A stretch of 64,000 nt of DNA from Fimbriosthenelais zetlandica (Eukaryota). Position numbers and translations under genes: made by a program. The first letter of the stretch is position 1. Every line of letters begins with the position of its first letter. This document shows, one piece after another, positions 1 to 11,207 of this stretch. The notes beneath the pieces were generated by a model. That model saw only the letters and a program-made list of their open reading frames with translations. It ran no database searches and was not told the DNA's origin. Location: assembly GCA_977030845.1 (NCBI GenBank), contig OZ365115.1, forward strand, positions 28,210,001 through 28,274,000, written 5' to 3'.

Positions 1-1754
1 AACTCTAAGGTTGAAAAATTAGCCTGCTATTGAATTTTCAGACTGTTCATATATTGGTGAGGGAAGGGAACAAGAGTTTGTCATGTCATATATAATCATA
101 TTATAATTTATTTATACGTGGCCTGTGTGAGTGGACCTTATCAATTTGATACCATGGTTGTTTCTTATCTTACATGTGAGTAATTCTCACGAATTGAGTG
201 CACGGGGGAGGGCGAAGGTGAGAGATAAGCATTTTTGGCAAGTTTGTTTTATCCATCAAGAATTAATTATTTTTGATGACCATGTTGTCAAAAAATGAAT
301 TAAAATATTTCGCTTGGAATAACTTAAAATTTAAACATTGAAACTCCTAGATCTTTGCAAACTGAAATATATTATCAACAGTTAAATTTGTAATAAATTA
401 AAAGAATTCGCCCATATTGTTTGATATTAATAAACTTTTTATGGATTAGGTCTCAATTGAGGCTGCCAACATACCTCAACCAAAAATGCCCAATTTACAA
501 TTGCCCATTTAAACAATGTTTTACTCCAGTGCACTTTTCCTTATGAACCAAATCACATTTACCTGCCCGCTTCAGTTCAGGGACTATTTAACGATAACGG
601 ACACTGGCATACTAACGGATAAAAGATAAGCACAGCCTTAAGTAGGTTGGCCGGTCGCTTGTGCTTCGTTTATGACCATGACTCATGACCAATCCAAATA
701 TGCAATGACAAGGTAACTAGGTATTAAACAGGTACAATCTAGAGATGCCCCACATATAAATGCTAACCCTTTCTTGTTGAGGATTTTAAAGGGTTTAAGC
801 CGGTTGGCTTGGCTATCGTTGGGACAAACACTTCCACCTTACCATCCGTTGACAGTGGTAGAATGTGTGCAGTGGGTTGTGCACTGTATTTATGGGGTTG
901 CTCCACCACCTTTTGCCTACAACAATTTTCCAGTTACATGTACATGTATATTATGGCAACAAGGGTCAATTAAAGTTCGTCAGGGATCTGTGCACATAAT
1001 CCTAATTACTAGCGGGCCCCTATTTCAAAAGGGGACGTCCAACGGGGACAAACTTTGCAGGTGTAGGATGACCAAGGGGTTTCCTGACCTACTTTTTTTT
1101 TACCTTACAAGCCCTGATGCGCTCTTATGAGGGGAAAAATACAGATTCTGCAAGGGCGCAAGAGATCTTCAGTGGATTATGCACATTTAATGAACTATGG
1201 AGGCACCTCAGAGCTCTCCAACAGCTATGAAACATAGATTATCTTGGACGGCTCATGACAATTGTAGGACTCGTGTGCACTAGGAGAATGTCATAATCAC
1301 TCCGAAGACCTTATATATATGATACATTATGCAGCCTTACGCGAAAATTTATAGATGCTTTAGCTCTAGTCCAACACGGTAACCAATTATGAGCCCATGC
1401 ATACAACTTTCAATTTCTTGTGCACCATCACCATATTAAGTCATAATTAATAAGTTATTAACTTAAATCTTATAATTACAGTAAGTTGATATTAAAGGTA
1501 ATAATGTGAAAATTACAAGACGATATGTACATTGAAATGGACCAATAAAACATATTACATGTATAATTATGTGCCATTGAAACGTATAATATGGGCCAGT
1601 ATATAGAATATATCATGGACTATCATATTATTTGTATGGCTGGTTTGCAGTTGCAATTGGTCTCCATGTAAGTCATTTAAATCTTGTAGTATATTCTTAC
1701 TTTATGCCACCTGTCGTCACACAGAGAACCTCGTGCAGTGTACATGCCATAAAC

Positions 1755-1996
1755 TCCTTGTTGCATAACTTCAGCGAGCGCTCTCGAGAATCATAGAAAA
1801 TAAAAATTGTAGAGAAAATTCTACAATCAGTCTAACATCCCCCAGTAATATGACACCACCCGCAGCATCAACTCGTAGTGTTTTCTTTAGTTGGAGGCCC
1901 ATAGAAGGGCTCATAGAAAATTTCGTAGGTATTTTCCTTCGATTTTATTGTCTACGACACTTGGCCAGCGAGCTCGCTGAAGTTAAGCAAGAAGGA
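1755..1996. mobile_element. MITE-like element (~240 bp) just downstream of the NIT-GC stop codon
   Basis: Terminal inverted repeats TCCTTGTTGCATAACTTCAGCGAGC versus reverse complement TCCTTCTTGCTTAACTTCAGCGAGC (25 bp, 2 mismatches). No clear TSD, no ORF. Confidence 0.7.
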
Positions 1997-2016
1997 TCTT
2001 AAACTATATGAATGAA

Positions 2017-5000
2017 CTAGAAATGATACCCTTCAATTAGGTTGAATATAGGAGGGCTGCCATTGCTTCTCGCTTGAAGTTCGGCTTCCAGTTCAATGTA
2101 GCTTGGTGGACTACAATCATACTGGGATTGTTGTTCATTACTCGGACCAGGTACTGCATCAACTGGTGTCAATTCAGCATCCGGTGGTTTCAACACGTCC
2201 TTTTCGTCTTTCTCGGTTCCTTGGTCAGTTCCATCAAATGCCTCAGCTCCATCGTCTTCCTTCAATATTAGTGGAATTTTGGAGTTGGCGGTCTGGTCTA
2301 TGGTGATAGTAACCGTCTGGTTGGACATTTTTGCGGTTGTTTTCTCTGAATTCACATCATTCTTAATTCCTGAACAACTGGCTTCTGCCATGTTGAATGG
2401 AAGGCTTTCTGATATGTAGGAAATGGAAAAATAGATCTTGGGATTATTGGTCACACATATTACAGTAAATACAGTAAAAAGAAAAAAACCTCTAGATAAA
2501 AAATATATATACTATACCTCTGAGGCTAACTGGTGCAGTTTTATTTTCGCATAACTCGGACTTGGTCTGACTGACGTTTGGCATATCAGGAACTTCAACT
2601 TCAGAGTCAGTCACGGAAACTTTGCGCCCAAGAAGGAAGTAAGTGACCATTTCACCTTTACCCTGTTCGAACATTGTATCAACAATTTAAGCATCTTCCA
2701 TCGTACTTCACCCCAACCCCCTAACTATCCTAACCACACACAACAAAAAACCTAACCCGTTACACATACAGGCAATTTATCTATAGACAATCTTTGCGGT
2801 AATCCTAAAAAGTTTCCCATAATAATCATGTGATATGTTGCGGATTTTCAAAAAAGAATAAATTACAGTACGAATAATTTGAATTAATGACATTGAACCA
2901 AGTGTAAATGTATAACAGATTTCCAAAGGGAGTGCAGTGTTGCCAATACTTTGAATTTCAGCTTTTAATTAAATGGCTAAGATGAGTAATAATTGCATTG
3001 CAGGTGAAAATTAGGAACATCTTGGGTTAAGAGTGTGAGATACTCTGTCCTGACATTCATGCAGTTTCTTTAGAGGGGAGGCAGTCAGCGGAACAACCGA
3101 GAAAAAAAAGTTCGCCCTGAGCAATTTTTTTTTTTTTTTTTGAGTTTGAAAAAAAAAAGTATACTTGAGCAGTCTTTCTTACCTTGACTTCAATCACACC
3201 CCGCTTCTGGATGATGTAGTTCCCTTCCCGCTTCAGCAAGCGTTGTGTAGCTACACTTATATGTATGCAATTGGCTGTCAGTAAAGTAAACAAAAAATGT
3301 TACAGTGTGTACTAAAATACTACTCTGTATAGGAAGACGTGATGTGTTTCCATCAAGTATAACTAACATGAGTTACATACACCTACCAACGCTTTAGACC
3401 GTTTTCCATGCTAACTTAAGCTCGACATACACCAGCCCAATTTTCATCCCGATTTTGGGACCCTAAGCGATCGCGGGACCCCCAAAAAGATCTGTTCCGA
3501 TGATAGGGCTGGTGGATGCCAAAAACTTGGGATCGGCGCCGATTTTTCAATGGTAAATCAATAGAGAATTGATCTCTAACGATTTAATTTTGATCTTTGC
3601 CGATCACAAAAATCGGTGCCCTCAACTGGAAAACTTTATGGTCTAAACAGTGATAATGTAATAATTATGTGGTAATTTGCCAGGGTTTGAAATTTCCTCC
3701 AAACTTTCTTCACAAAATTGTCTTCACAAATTTAAACATTATCATCAATTCAATGTCTTACGTAGACCAGTAGTTTCCATTCGGGAGGCTGTATTAACTG
3801 TGTCGCCAAACAAACAATATCGAGGCAACTTCAATCCTACAACTCCCGCAACGCATGGTCCTGGAAATAAGGTTAGAAACAAGTTCTAAAGTAAATGGGT
3901 AAGTCTAATATCTGTGAGAAATAGAAATTCAACATGACACATTTCTTGGTGGATTTTCTAGCGAGCAATCAAATTAATTGCAGAATTTGGCGAGAATATA
4001 GTTGGACGTCTATATGAATTAAGGTGTAGTAGAACCTCGTCCATGGCGATGGATGACGAGAGCTATTAAATTTACTTCTTACTTATAGGGATTATAAATA
4101 CTCAACAGATTCTGCAAGTTGTCCAATTGAAAATAAGTATGAAAAGCACTGTTATTGTTATGTAAAATCTTATTAGGAAGATGCTAACCTGTGTGAATTC
4201 CTATCCGCAGTCTGAGTCGACCCTCTGGCATTTGTTTGACCACCATTTCAGAGCAGGTATTAATTAAATCAAGTGATATGTTGGCTATCTCAGTGGCATG
4301 CCGGCTACCATTCCTTTGTGGCAGACCTGAGAAAAAGAAAATTTTGGGTGTACCTAAAACTAAGGTATTTGAGTTTATAACGACATTTATTAAAGGAAAA
4401 AAAATAGCTCGCAGCCATGAGTGTCTGTGTATACAATTCATTTTGAACCAAGAAAAATGACTTACCTGAAGCAATCATGTAAGAATCTCCAATAGTTTCC
4501 ACTTTGTAGACATCATAAAGCTCGATTCTCTTGTCAAACGTGGTGTAAATGTAATTGAGAACATTCACAATATCCATAGGTTTAGACTCTCTGATCAGAC
4601 GACTGAAGTCCAGAATATCGGAAAAGAATATGGTCACCTGTAAACGAATAAAAAGAATCACTAACCTGGAAAACTAATTGCAAAATTGTAAAGCTAATTC
4701 AATAATTATCAATATTGAACTATTTACCATAATACTTAAATAATGCAGACCGAATCCAAGGCATTATATATACTCTATACTCTAAAATATAGCAGTAGAA
4801 ACAAACCTCCTTGAAATATTCGGCCTCAATACTGTTTTTGTTCTTTAGTTGTTCAGCAACTGGTTTTGGCAGCATTTGGTAGAGGAGTGAATCCGTCCTT
4901 TTCTTCTCTCTATTCAACTCTTTTGTTTTGTCGGCTAGTGTCAGTGCATAATTTTGAATATTGTCTGTCAAGCGCTGTACCTGCAAGCAATGAAAGGACA

Positions 5001-8000
5001 TACATACATACACATGACATTCTCTTCCTGCGTAGACTATGATTCGAAATTCAACTCAAAGTAAATGTGTTTGAATCAACCCAGAAGTATAGACAGCTAT
5101 TGTTATATAGGGGATAATCAACTCTAGATAGCTTTTTCACGAGTTGTTTTGGGAAGTAGTAACAACCTCGGCATCGCATCGGTTGTTATTACTCCCCAAA
5201 ACAACAAATAGATCTATTTATATTATCCATCCATTCTGCGCCGCAAATCTATCATCCATTTGCACACCTTGACCCTTTGCTAGTCAGGTAAGTTCCATAA
5301 CAGCTTGACAATGTCACGGCACCCAAGCGCAGCGTTCTTCTACTACAACAAGATAAAAATCTGTATGACTCAGTTTTATTTAGGACCTCATATTATGACC
5401 TCATGTCGATAGCCTGTTCGCCACTACCCAAGTATAGGCCTAGTCCTCTTTTTAGAAAAAATGTGAAGCGTCCAGCCCGAGTGAGGGCTACAGGTGGGAG
5501 TGGGTGGGGATAAACAAACCCAGCACCCTGACAACCAAGCTAGTACAAAGAACTCACCCCAGAGGGCAGTATACCCATATACATATTATGTGATATTTAT
5601 ATTTGTTATCAGAAATGACAAAACCCAATAATTGGCACTGAAGGGGACACAGTCAATCGGGCAAAACTGGGTAAAACCGGGCAAAACTCAATATTCGATT
5701 TCACCTTTTTTGCCTTTCTAACTACATTCAGCAGCAAATAACTCCATATAATTAAGCATAAGACTGCTACTAAAGGATAATATGCCTATGTGGATAGCTA
5801 TAATATTATAGAACCCCAACGTCAATGATATAAACTAGCAGCTATGCCACACTCCACATAGTGGCGCTCCAGTCGTTGTATGGAGGAACGACTTATGATA
5901 ATAATAATCTTTATTTCCGAACGACCTCCCATGAGGTTTGGGGAAGTTACAAGTTTGAATAATCCATACATAGGGCCTATATTGTGTGAACTTATAATAT
6001 ACAACACTGTAAAAACTAAGAGTAGGCTTGCGCAAAGTGTTGTGTGGAGTGTGCAGCTATGTCCGTATAGTGCTGCCATCGCGCGGGATTTAAATGAACT
6101 GTTTTCAAGCCCTTCGCCCTAAATCAGATTAAATATTCAAAAATTTCTAAAAGCAAGACATTAAACTGTAGGGGGGTCTAACTAGGACAAAAAAATGCAG
6201 AATGTTTCACAGATGTCCGTGTCATCCTTGTGTGACCGCCACCACTACCTCAACTACCCAAAAAAAAAAAATTAGAAAAATAATTTTTAAAAAAATCGAA
6301 AATTTATTTTAAAAAAAAATTAAAAAATTTCGGCCTAGTGGGGCTATAATATCCATCACATTATCACCCCCCCCCCCACTCCCACTCCTTTACCCACCCC
6401 ATCCTCACAAGAAGTTTCTATTATGACAAGAGCTAGAGCCAAATTAGCATCCCCAATCAAGGCGGCCAACGGCCCCGCGACCAAGCCGCCTCACAACGTG
6501 TAATAGCGCTGCCGGCCCCAAGCCACCTGACCCCCGACCGCGAATCGCGTCCAAGACGGTCTCTTCCACGGCCGCGCCTGCTTCAAGGCCTGGACACAGG
6601 TCAAGAGTTAAATTAAAACAGTATTGCATAAAAGGTAGATTACATGGGGCCTGTTTCAAAAAGTATATTAGTAATGCTAAGTCTAAAGCCGGGACTCCAC
6701 TGCTGCGATTTTGCTTGCGACACTACTGCGACAAAGGTGATGCTTGTGAAGTGGTGTAAGAATACAGTTTATAAATTGTGGGTCAAGTGTCCAAGGCCTT
6801 AAGGCCGTCCTCCAATGGTAAATTTATGATTGAAACACAAGCATCACCTTTGTCGCAGACGTGTCGCAAACAAAATCGCAGCAGTGGAGTCCCGGCTTAT
6901 GGCTAATATTCGTTTTGAAACAGGCTCCTGGGATAATAAACTTACGGTTCGAATGAGCAAAGGGCACATAGAAAGAACCATGGTTATGATTATAGCGCTG
7001 ATGATCACCCCAGCAGTCATGTTGACAGAACGGTCGTCGAGCAGTGTGAGAATCCTTACAGCAATGGCGCGCTGAAGCTGCAAATGCTCGCCAATTAAGA
7101 GAGTCATGTTGTCATAAAACGCGGTGGCCTTACGGAGAGACGGTACGGAAATAATGCGGTTCCGGATGAGGAAGCGGGCATGTGACAGAAGGGAACTCAG
7201 GTTGCTGTTATCACTGCCAAGAGACATGAGGTACCAAAGCGAAACTGTGGCAAGAAAATGAATTGCACAAGTTAGAGTTGATAGAGGGAATGCATGCAGA
7301 TGACAAAGGCCAAAGAAAATACATTTTGTGTTGAGCGTCACTTTAAACCCTGCGCATCAGGATAGCATAAAAAAGAGGAACTCACTTTGGTTTTGTTCAC
7401 CTAGAGTATCATTCATGAGATAAGGGGCATAAAGAAGTGCTGCCTTCATATTGGATATGTAGAGGGTCCGCTTCTGATTGTATAAATGAAATGCCTGAAA
7501 GTAAAACAAAATGATATTTATTGCACAAGGGGAAATATTTGCATACAATTATTGAGTGAGCCGTTTGTCTAGACTACCGTCCAGACTATTGACATGAAAT
7601 TCAGGGGTATTTAATAGCTGGAACAGACTGCGAATGCCTCCAGTTGCATGTGTTTTCTTGTATGAGACTTCAAAAAAAAACCTTGGCAGCAATCAAACGC
7701 ACGATTACATTTTCTGATCGAAGCTATGCGTTCGCTTGATTTAGGCGCATGTTCTCTCGGCTATAGCGGTGCAAACAGAAACAGACCAAGGTGAGCGCTG
7801 AAAAACGCTCTGGTGCGTTCAAGCCATAACCCAGCTCACATAAAAGTAGTATACAAAACCTTTCGTTTATAATATAGAAATAATACCTCCATATCAGCAA
7901 AGCCACCACGGGAGAAGTAGGCACTACCAATTGCCCTTTCAACACCTAAATGCTCCTTAGCCGCCACGACTTTCTGGTATGCTACGAGATTCTTCCAAAC

Positions 8001-9926
8001 AGTACCAAAACGGCTCTCCCTGATTGCATCATACATCCATTTCATCAGCACATGTATCAGATCAGAGTAGAAGGCCACTTCCTATTATGTCACGGAAAAT
8101 AAGAAAACTATTTCATAACTCACTCTCATGAAAGGTAGAAAGTGAAACCCTGTGCCCCAGCATTGCCGGGCCCCCATTCGGAAGCGATTTTTCATAGTTT
8201 TGGGCAAGCGGTTTTGAGTGCAAGATGTAGCAAGATAACATTATAATTATAGGGCTCATAGTGCAGTTTACTTTAAAACGTCGTCAATTGATAGGCCCAA
8301 CTGAAAAGACCTTTTCTCGGAAGAATAGATGTTTGTTTATAATATAAAGAGCATGGTAAAAGGTTGCAATATTTACGGCACCAGGTTTCTAGAAACGTTA
8401 GGACTAATGGATTATTTTAACATACACTAAATATCGTGTCCCGCGGATTTAACTCATTGCGATGTTGACTGAGATGGCGACGGAAATGCCTTCTTGAAGT
8501 GAAGTAAACTCTTCTTTGTCGATCAAAAGAAACTGAAAATGAAAAATAATAAACTTAATTATGAGGAACCTGGAAATTTAAATGTAGGCTAAACTGTACT
8601 TGCAAACTTGTACGTATGTGCAAACATCAACAGAAGAATCAAAGATTGTACTGTAAAAAAGGATCCTCATTGACTTAGATCATATTCTATTGACAGCACA
8701 TTTATTGCCTTATCTTATACTTTCAAATATCATCCACGGCATATACCACCTGGATTGAGAATTACATTAGTACAGAATGATAAACTAATACCTTTCTCAA
8801 CAATTATGAACATAAGGGAATGCGTATAGGCCTAATAGGTATGCCCACTTTGATTCTGAGTGCCCCCGGGTGCAAGGATATATACCAAATGTTTAATAGT
8901 CATACCTGGCCAGCTGCTGAGATCCTCAAGAGCCTCGTCTGTCTCTTGGTATCTCGCATTGAGGAAGGTTTTTGTCTCAGGTCCTATGCTGCTCAAGTAG
9001 AGAACACTCATATCACGCTCTTTCTGTATCAGATGTATTAGTTGACCCAACTCAGTACTGAACTCTACGGATTCTCTCACCTTCAATGAAAACCATTTTA
9101 ACCATTTTGTAAGGCATCGTTTTAAAGTTCATATTCTTTTATGGCACCCAAAGGTATTAATATCCACAAAAAGGTACTATTTAAAGAGCCCCTGCCACCA
9201 ATCCTGCTCGGAGAAGAAGAAAGTATAATGCACACCAACCTCATCTGACGCCATCTTATTCCTGACATTGTCTGCCATGAAGTAGAGAGACACAGACAAG
9301 AGGGCGAAAATGGGAATCATGATGAGTGTCAGCATTTTGACCATCTGTCGACGTTTTCCCTCCATTGAAATGGCATTACCTGTAAAAAGGGCAACTCAAC
9401 GTTATGTACAGGCACTGGAGGAACCAACATTGCGTGGGTTTCAGACAGATTTTGGCTTGCAGAAAGATTTCACGGCTGTACAAGTAACGGCTCTACAAAT
9501 TACGGCTCTACAACAATTCACAGCTCTAAATACAAGTTACGGCTCTACAAGTTACGGCTTGCGATGGGTTTCTGCAATGCATGCATTTTCTGCAATGTAT
9601 TCATTTTTGGAAACTGCTCGCCAACACCGTTTTTGGGCAAAGCGAATTTGTCTCTGCAAGCCAATTGTGATTCTGCAACCAACGCATTATTTTGGCCGTG
9701 CATAGACAAATACTAAGTCTTGGTCAATCATAACTAGTCTATTCATAATACATGTCAGCGACGTACAATTAATATGTATTTGATATGTATTTTTAACATA
9801 AAATGTAAAAATGTCATGAGTCTCACCCAAGGAGCCTGAGTCTTCAACCTCGCTACTCAGGTCTGCCAGAGCTGCTCGCACTTGCTCACAGGTGGGGCTC
9901 ATCCTCTGCGACATACCGGCTTCCAT
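2017..9926 (-). CDS. NIT-domain membrane guanylate cyclase (TM-NIT-TM-coiled coil-GC), ~778 aa, 14 coding exons
   Basis: Exons (5'->3' on minus): 9926-9827, 9379-9240, 9080-8906, 8532-8426, 8081-7887, 7494-7386, 7244-6946, 4980-4807, 4637-4466, 4326-4189, 3860-3762, 3274-3183, 2662-2518, 2408-2017. All boundaries GT/AG and phase-consistent; total 2337 nt. Class III cyclase motifs [56 protein letters not shown]. Coiled coil [24 protein letters not shown]-like segments ([16 protein letters not shown]; [15 protein letters not shown]; FYDNMT) lie between two hydrophobic helices. The start codon is the least certain part. Confidence 0.9.
3393..3647. mobile_element. Degenerate MITE-like element in a NIT-GC intron
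   Basis: Imperfect inverted ends TTTAGACC-GTTTTCCA / TGGAAAAC(TTTAT)GGTCTAAA around a GC-richer interior. Confidence 0.45.
5143..5205. repeat. 25-bp stem, 13-nt loop hairpin in a NIT-GC intron
   Basis: GTTGTTTTGGGAAGTAGTAACAACC pairs with GGTTGTTATTACTCCCCAAAACAAC (2 mismatches). Outer GGATAAT/ATTATCC pair at ~5112 and ~5228. Confidence 0.8.
6687..6897. mobile_element. MITE with 62-bp terminal inverted repeats (PIF/Harbinger-like) in a NIT-GC intron
   Basis: 6687-6748 and 6836-6897 are reverse complements with 3 mismatches (AGCCGGGACTCCACTGCTGCGATTTTG...CTGCGACAAAGGTGATGCTTGTG). Flanks TAA / TAT approximate a TWA target duplication. Confidence 0.85.
9471..9558 (+). repeat. Degenerate ~15-bp tandem repeat (ACGGCTCTACAAGTT)
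   Basis: About 5-6 imperfect copies read directly in NIT-GC intron 1. Confidence 0.75.
9612..9680. repeat. Dispersed repeat, copy A (inverted homolog at ~42804-42882)
   Basis: CTGCTCGCCAACACCGTTTTT...TTTGTCTCTGCAAGCCAATTGTGATTCTGCA matches the reverse complement of ~42804-42882 (CTGCTCACCAACATCGTTTTT...TTTGTTTCTGCAAGCCAACTGCGATTCTGCA). Confidence 0.7.
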
Positions 9927-9953
9927 ATCATAAATTATAAACCACAATACACT

Positions 9954-9990
9954 AATCAATCAATCAGTCAATCAATCATCAATCAATCAA
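9954..9990. repeat. (CAAT)n microsatellite
   Basis: aatcaatcaatcagtcaatcaatcatcaatcaatcaa read directly. Confidence 0.85.
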
Positions 9991-10936
9991 CCTAACTATC
10001 TGTTAATAATAAGGATGAAATAAAGTGTTCAATAATAGAATTTCATGAGAACATATAGTATACTGTGGGGTTAGTAAGTGACTCTAAGTATCCAAATTAT
10101 ATATAAAAAATAATCATCATTATTCAACGGTTGCATTCAAACTTAAAACACACCAAACACCACCGTTAAAATAATTTCAGGTATAGATAAAATATACTTA
10201 CATTAATATATAGGCCTACTATAGAAATCCTGTATGGAAAAGGTGTCCTCAAAGACAGATTGATGATAGATTCACAATTGAACCTTCCTATATCTATGAA
10301 AAACGAGGCCAACAAAGGGCTCAAGGAACACTGACTGAGAGAACTCTCGATGTCTGTTCCTGACACAACTGACTTTGGATACTGAGACGTTGGTGAGAAA
10401 ATGTTTAGGTTTTGTCATTGGCGGGTACCTTATGGTTGCTACGCAACCTGGAATAACGGCATATATATGCAACCATGGCAGGTGGTGCCATCCAGCGTAT
10501 TATGTTAAATAAGTCACATCCTGTGGCACCGGAAGTGACATTTGATGCCAGGAATGGATTGATTGATTTTGTATTTCATCGCGATGGGAGGTAGACCTAA
10601 CTTACCAGGCAGTCGATTATAATTTAAATATCGATTAAGATTCCTAATTGAATAAAACTAAATATGAGCGTTCTATGTGATTTAGGCATAATAATTTTAA
10701 TGGATTTAATAATAATGACCTTTCAAGGGGGTATCGCCCTTTAAATCGTGTACGTGTATGTGCAATCGCTTCGCAACGAGATAACTACGGAAAAACAAAT
10801 GGAAATGGCTGGCTGGAAGTGATTTAATTTCTTATGTCTAAGTACAAATGTCAATAAAATTGAAAGGCAGACAGTCATAATAACTGCTGCTACTTCAACC
10901 AAACAATGATGAGTCCAGTGTACAAAGTCATGTACA

Positions 10937-10986
10937 AAGACGACTGGTGATTTATATCGTATACGACATAAATCACCAGTCGTCTT
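10937..10986. repeat. 50-bp near-perfect palindrome
   Basis: AAGACGACTGGTGATTTAT-A-TCGTATACGA-C-ATAAATCACCAGTCGTCTT: fully self-complementary except for one A/C pair. Confidence 0.9.
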
Positions 10987-11207
10987 ACCAGTTGGGTGAT
11001 AATAGTTAAAAACTTCAGTATAATATATCCCATTAATATCGACAATTATTATTTATATACAATATGTTGCCAATATGTACAATATTTTGCCAACGTTTTA
11101 CTCCATGCTTAAACCACATTTAATATAATTATATGCAAATTAATGCTGTTGAATTTGAAATTTTCTTTTCATTGCATTATTTTCTAAGACAATCTCAGGA
11201 GTAACTC

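Noticed and set aside
774-1130. 118-aa ORF
   Set aside because: It starts at a non-ATG codon, has no recognisable motif or consistent splice sites, and partly overlaps repeat-like sequence.
7245-7385. In-frame read-through or alternative acceptors at 7350 and 7341 in the NIT-GC
   Set aside because: They would need 36- or 45-nt introns, and retention hits a TGA at 7357-7359. The acceptor at 7245 has a far better polypyrimidine tract and a normal 141-nt intron.
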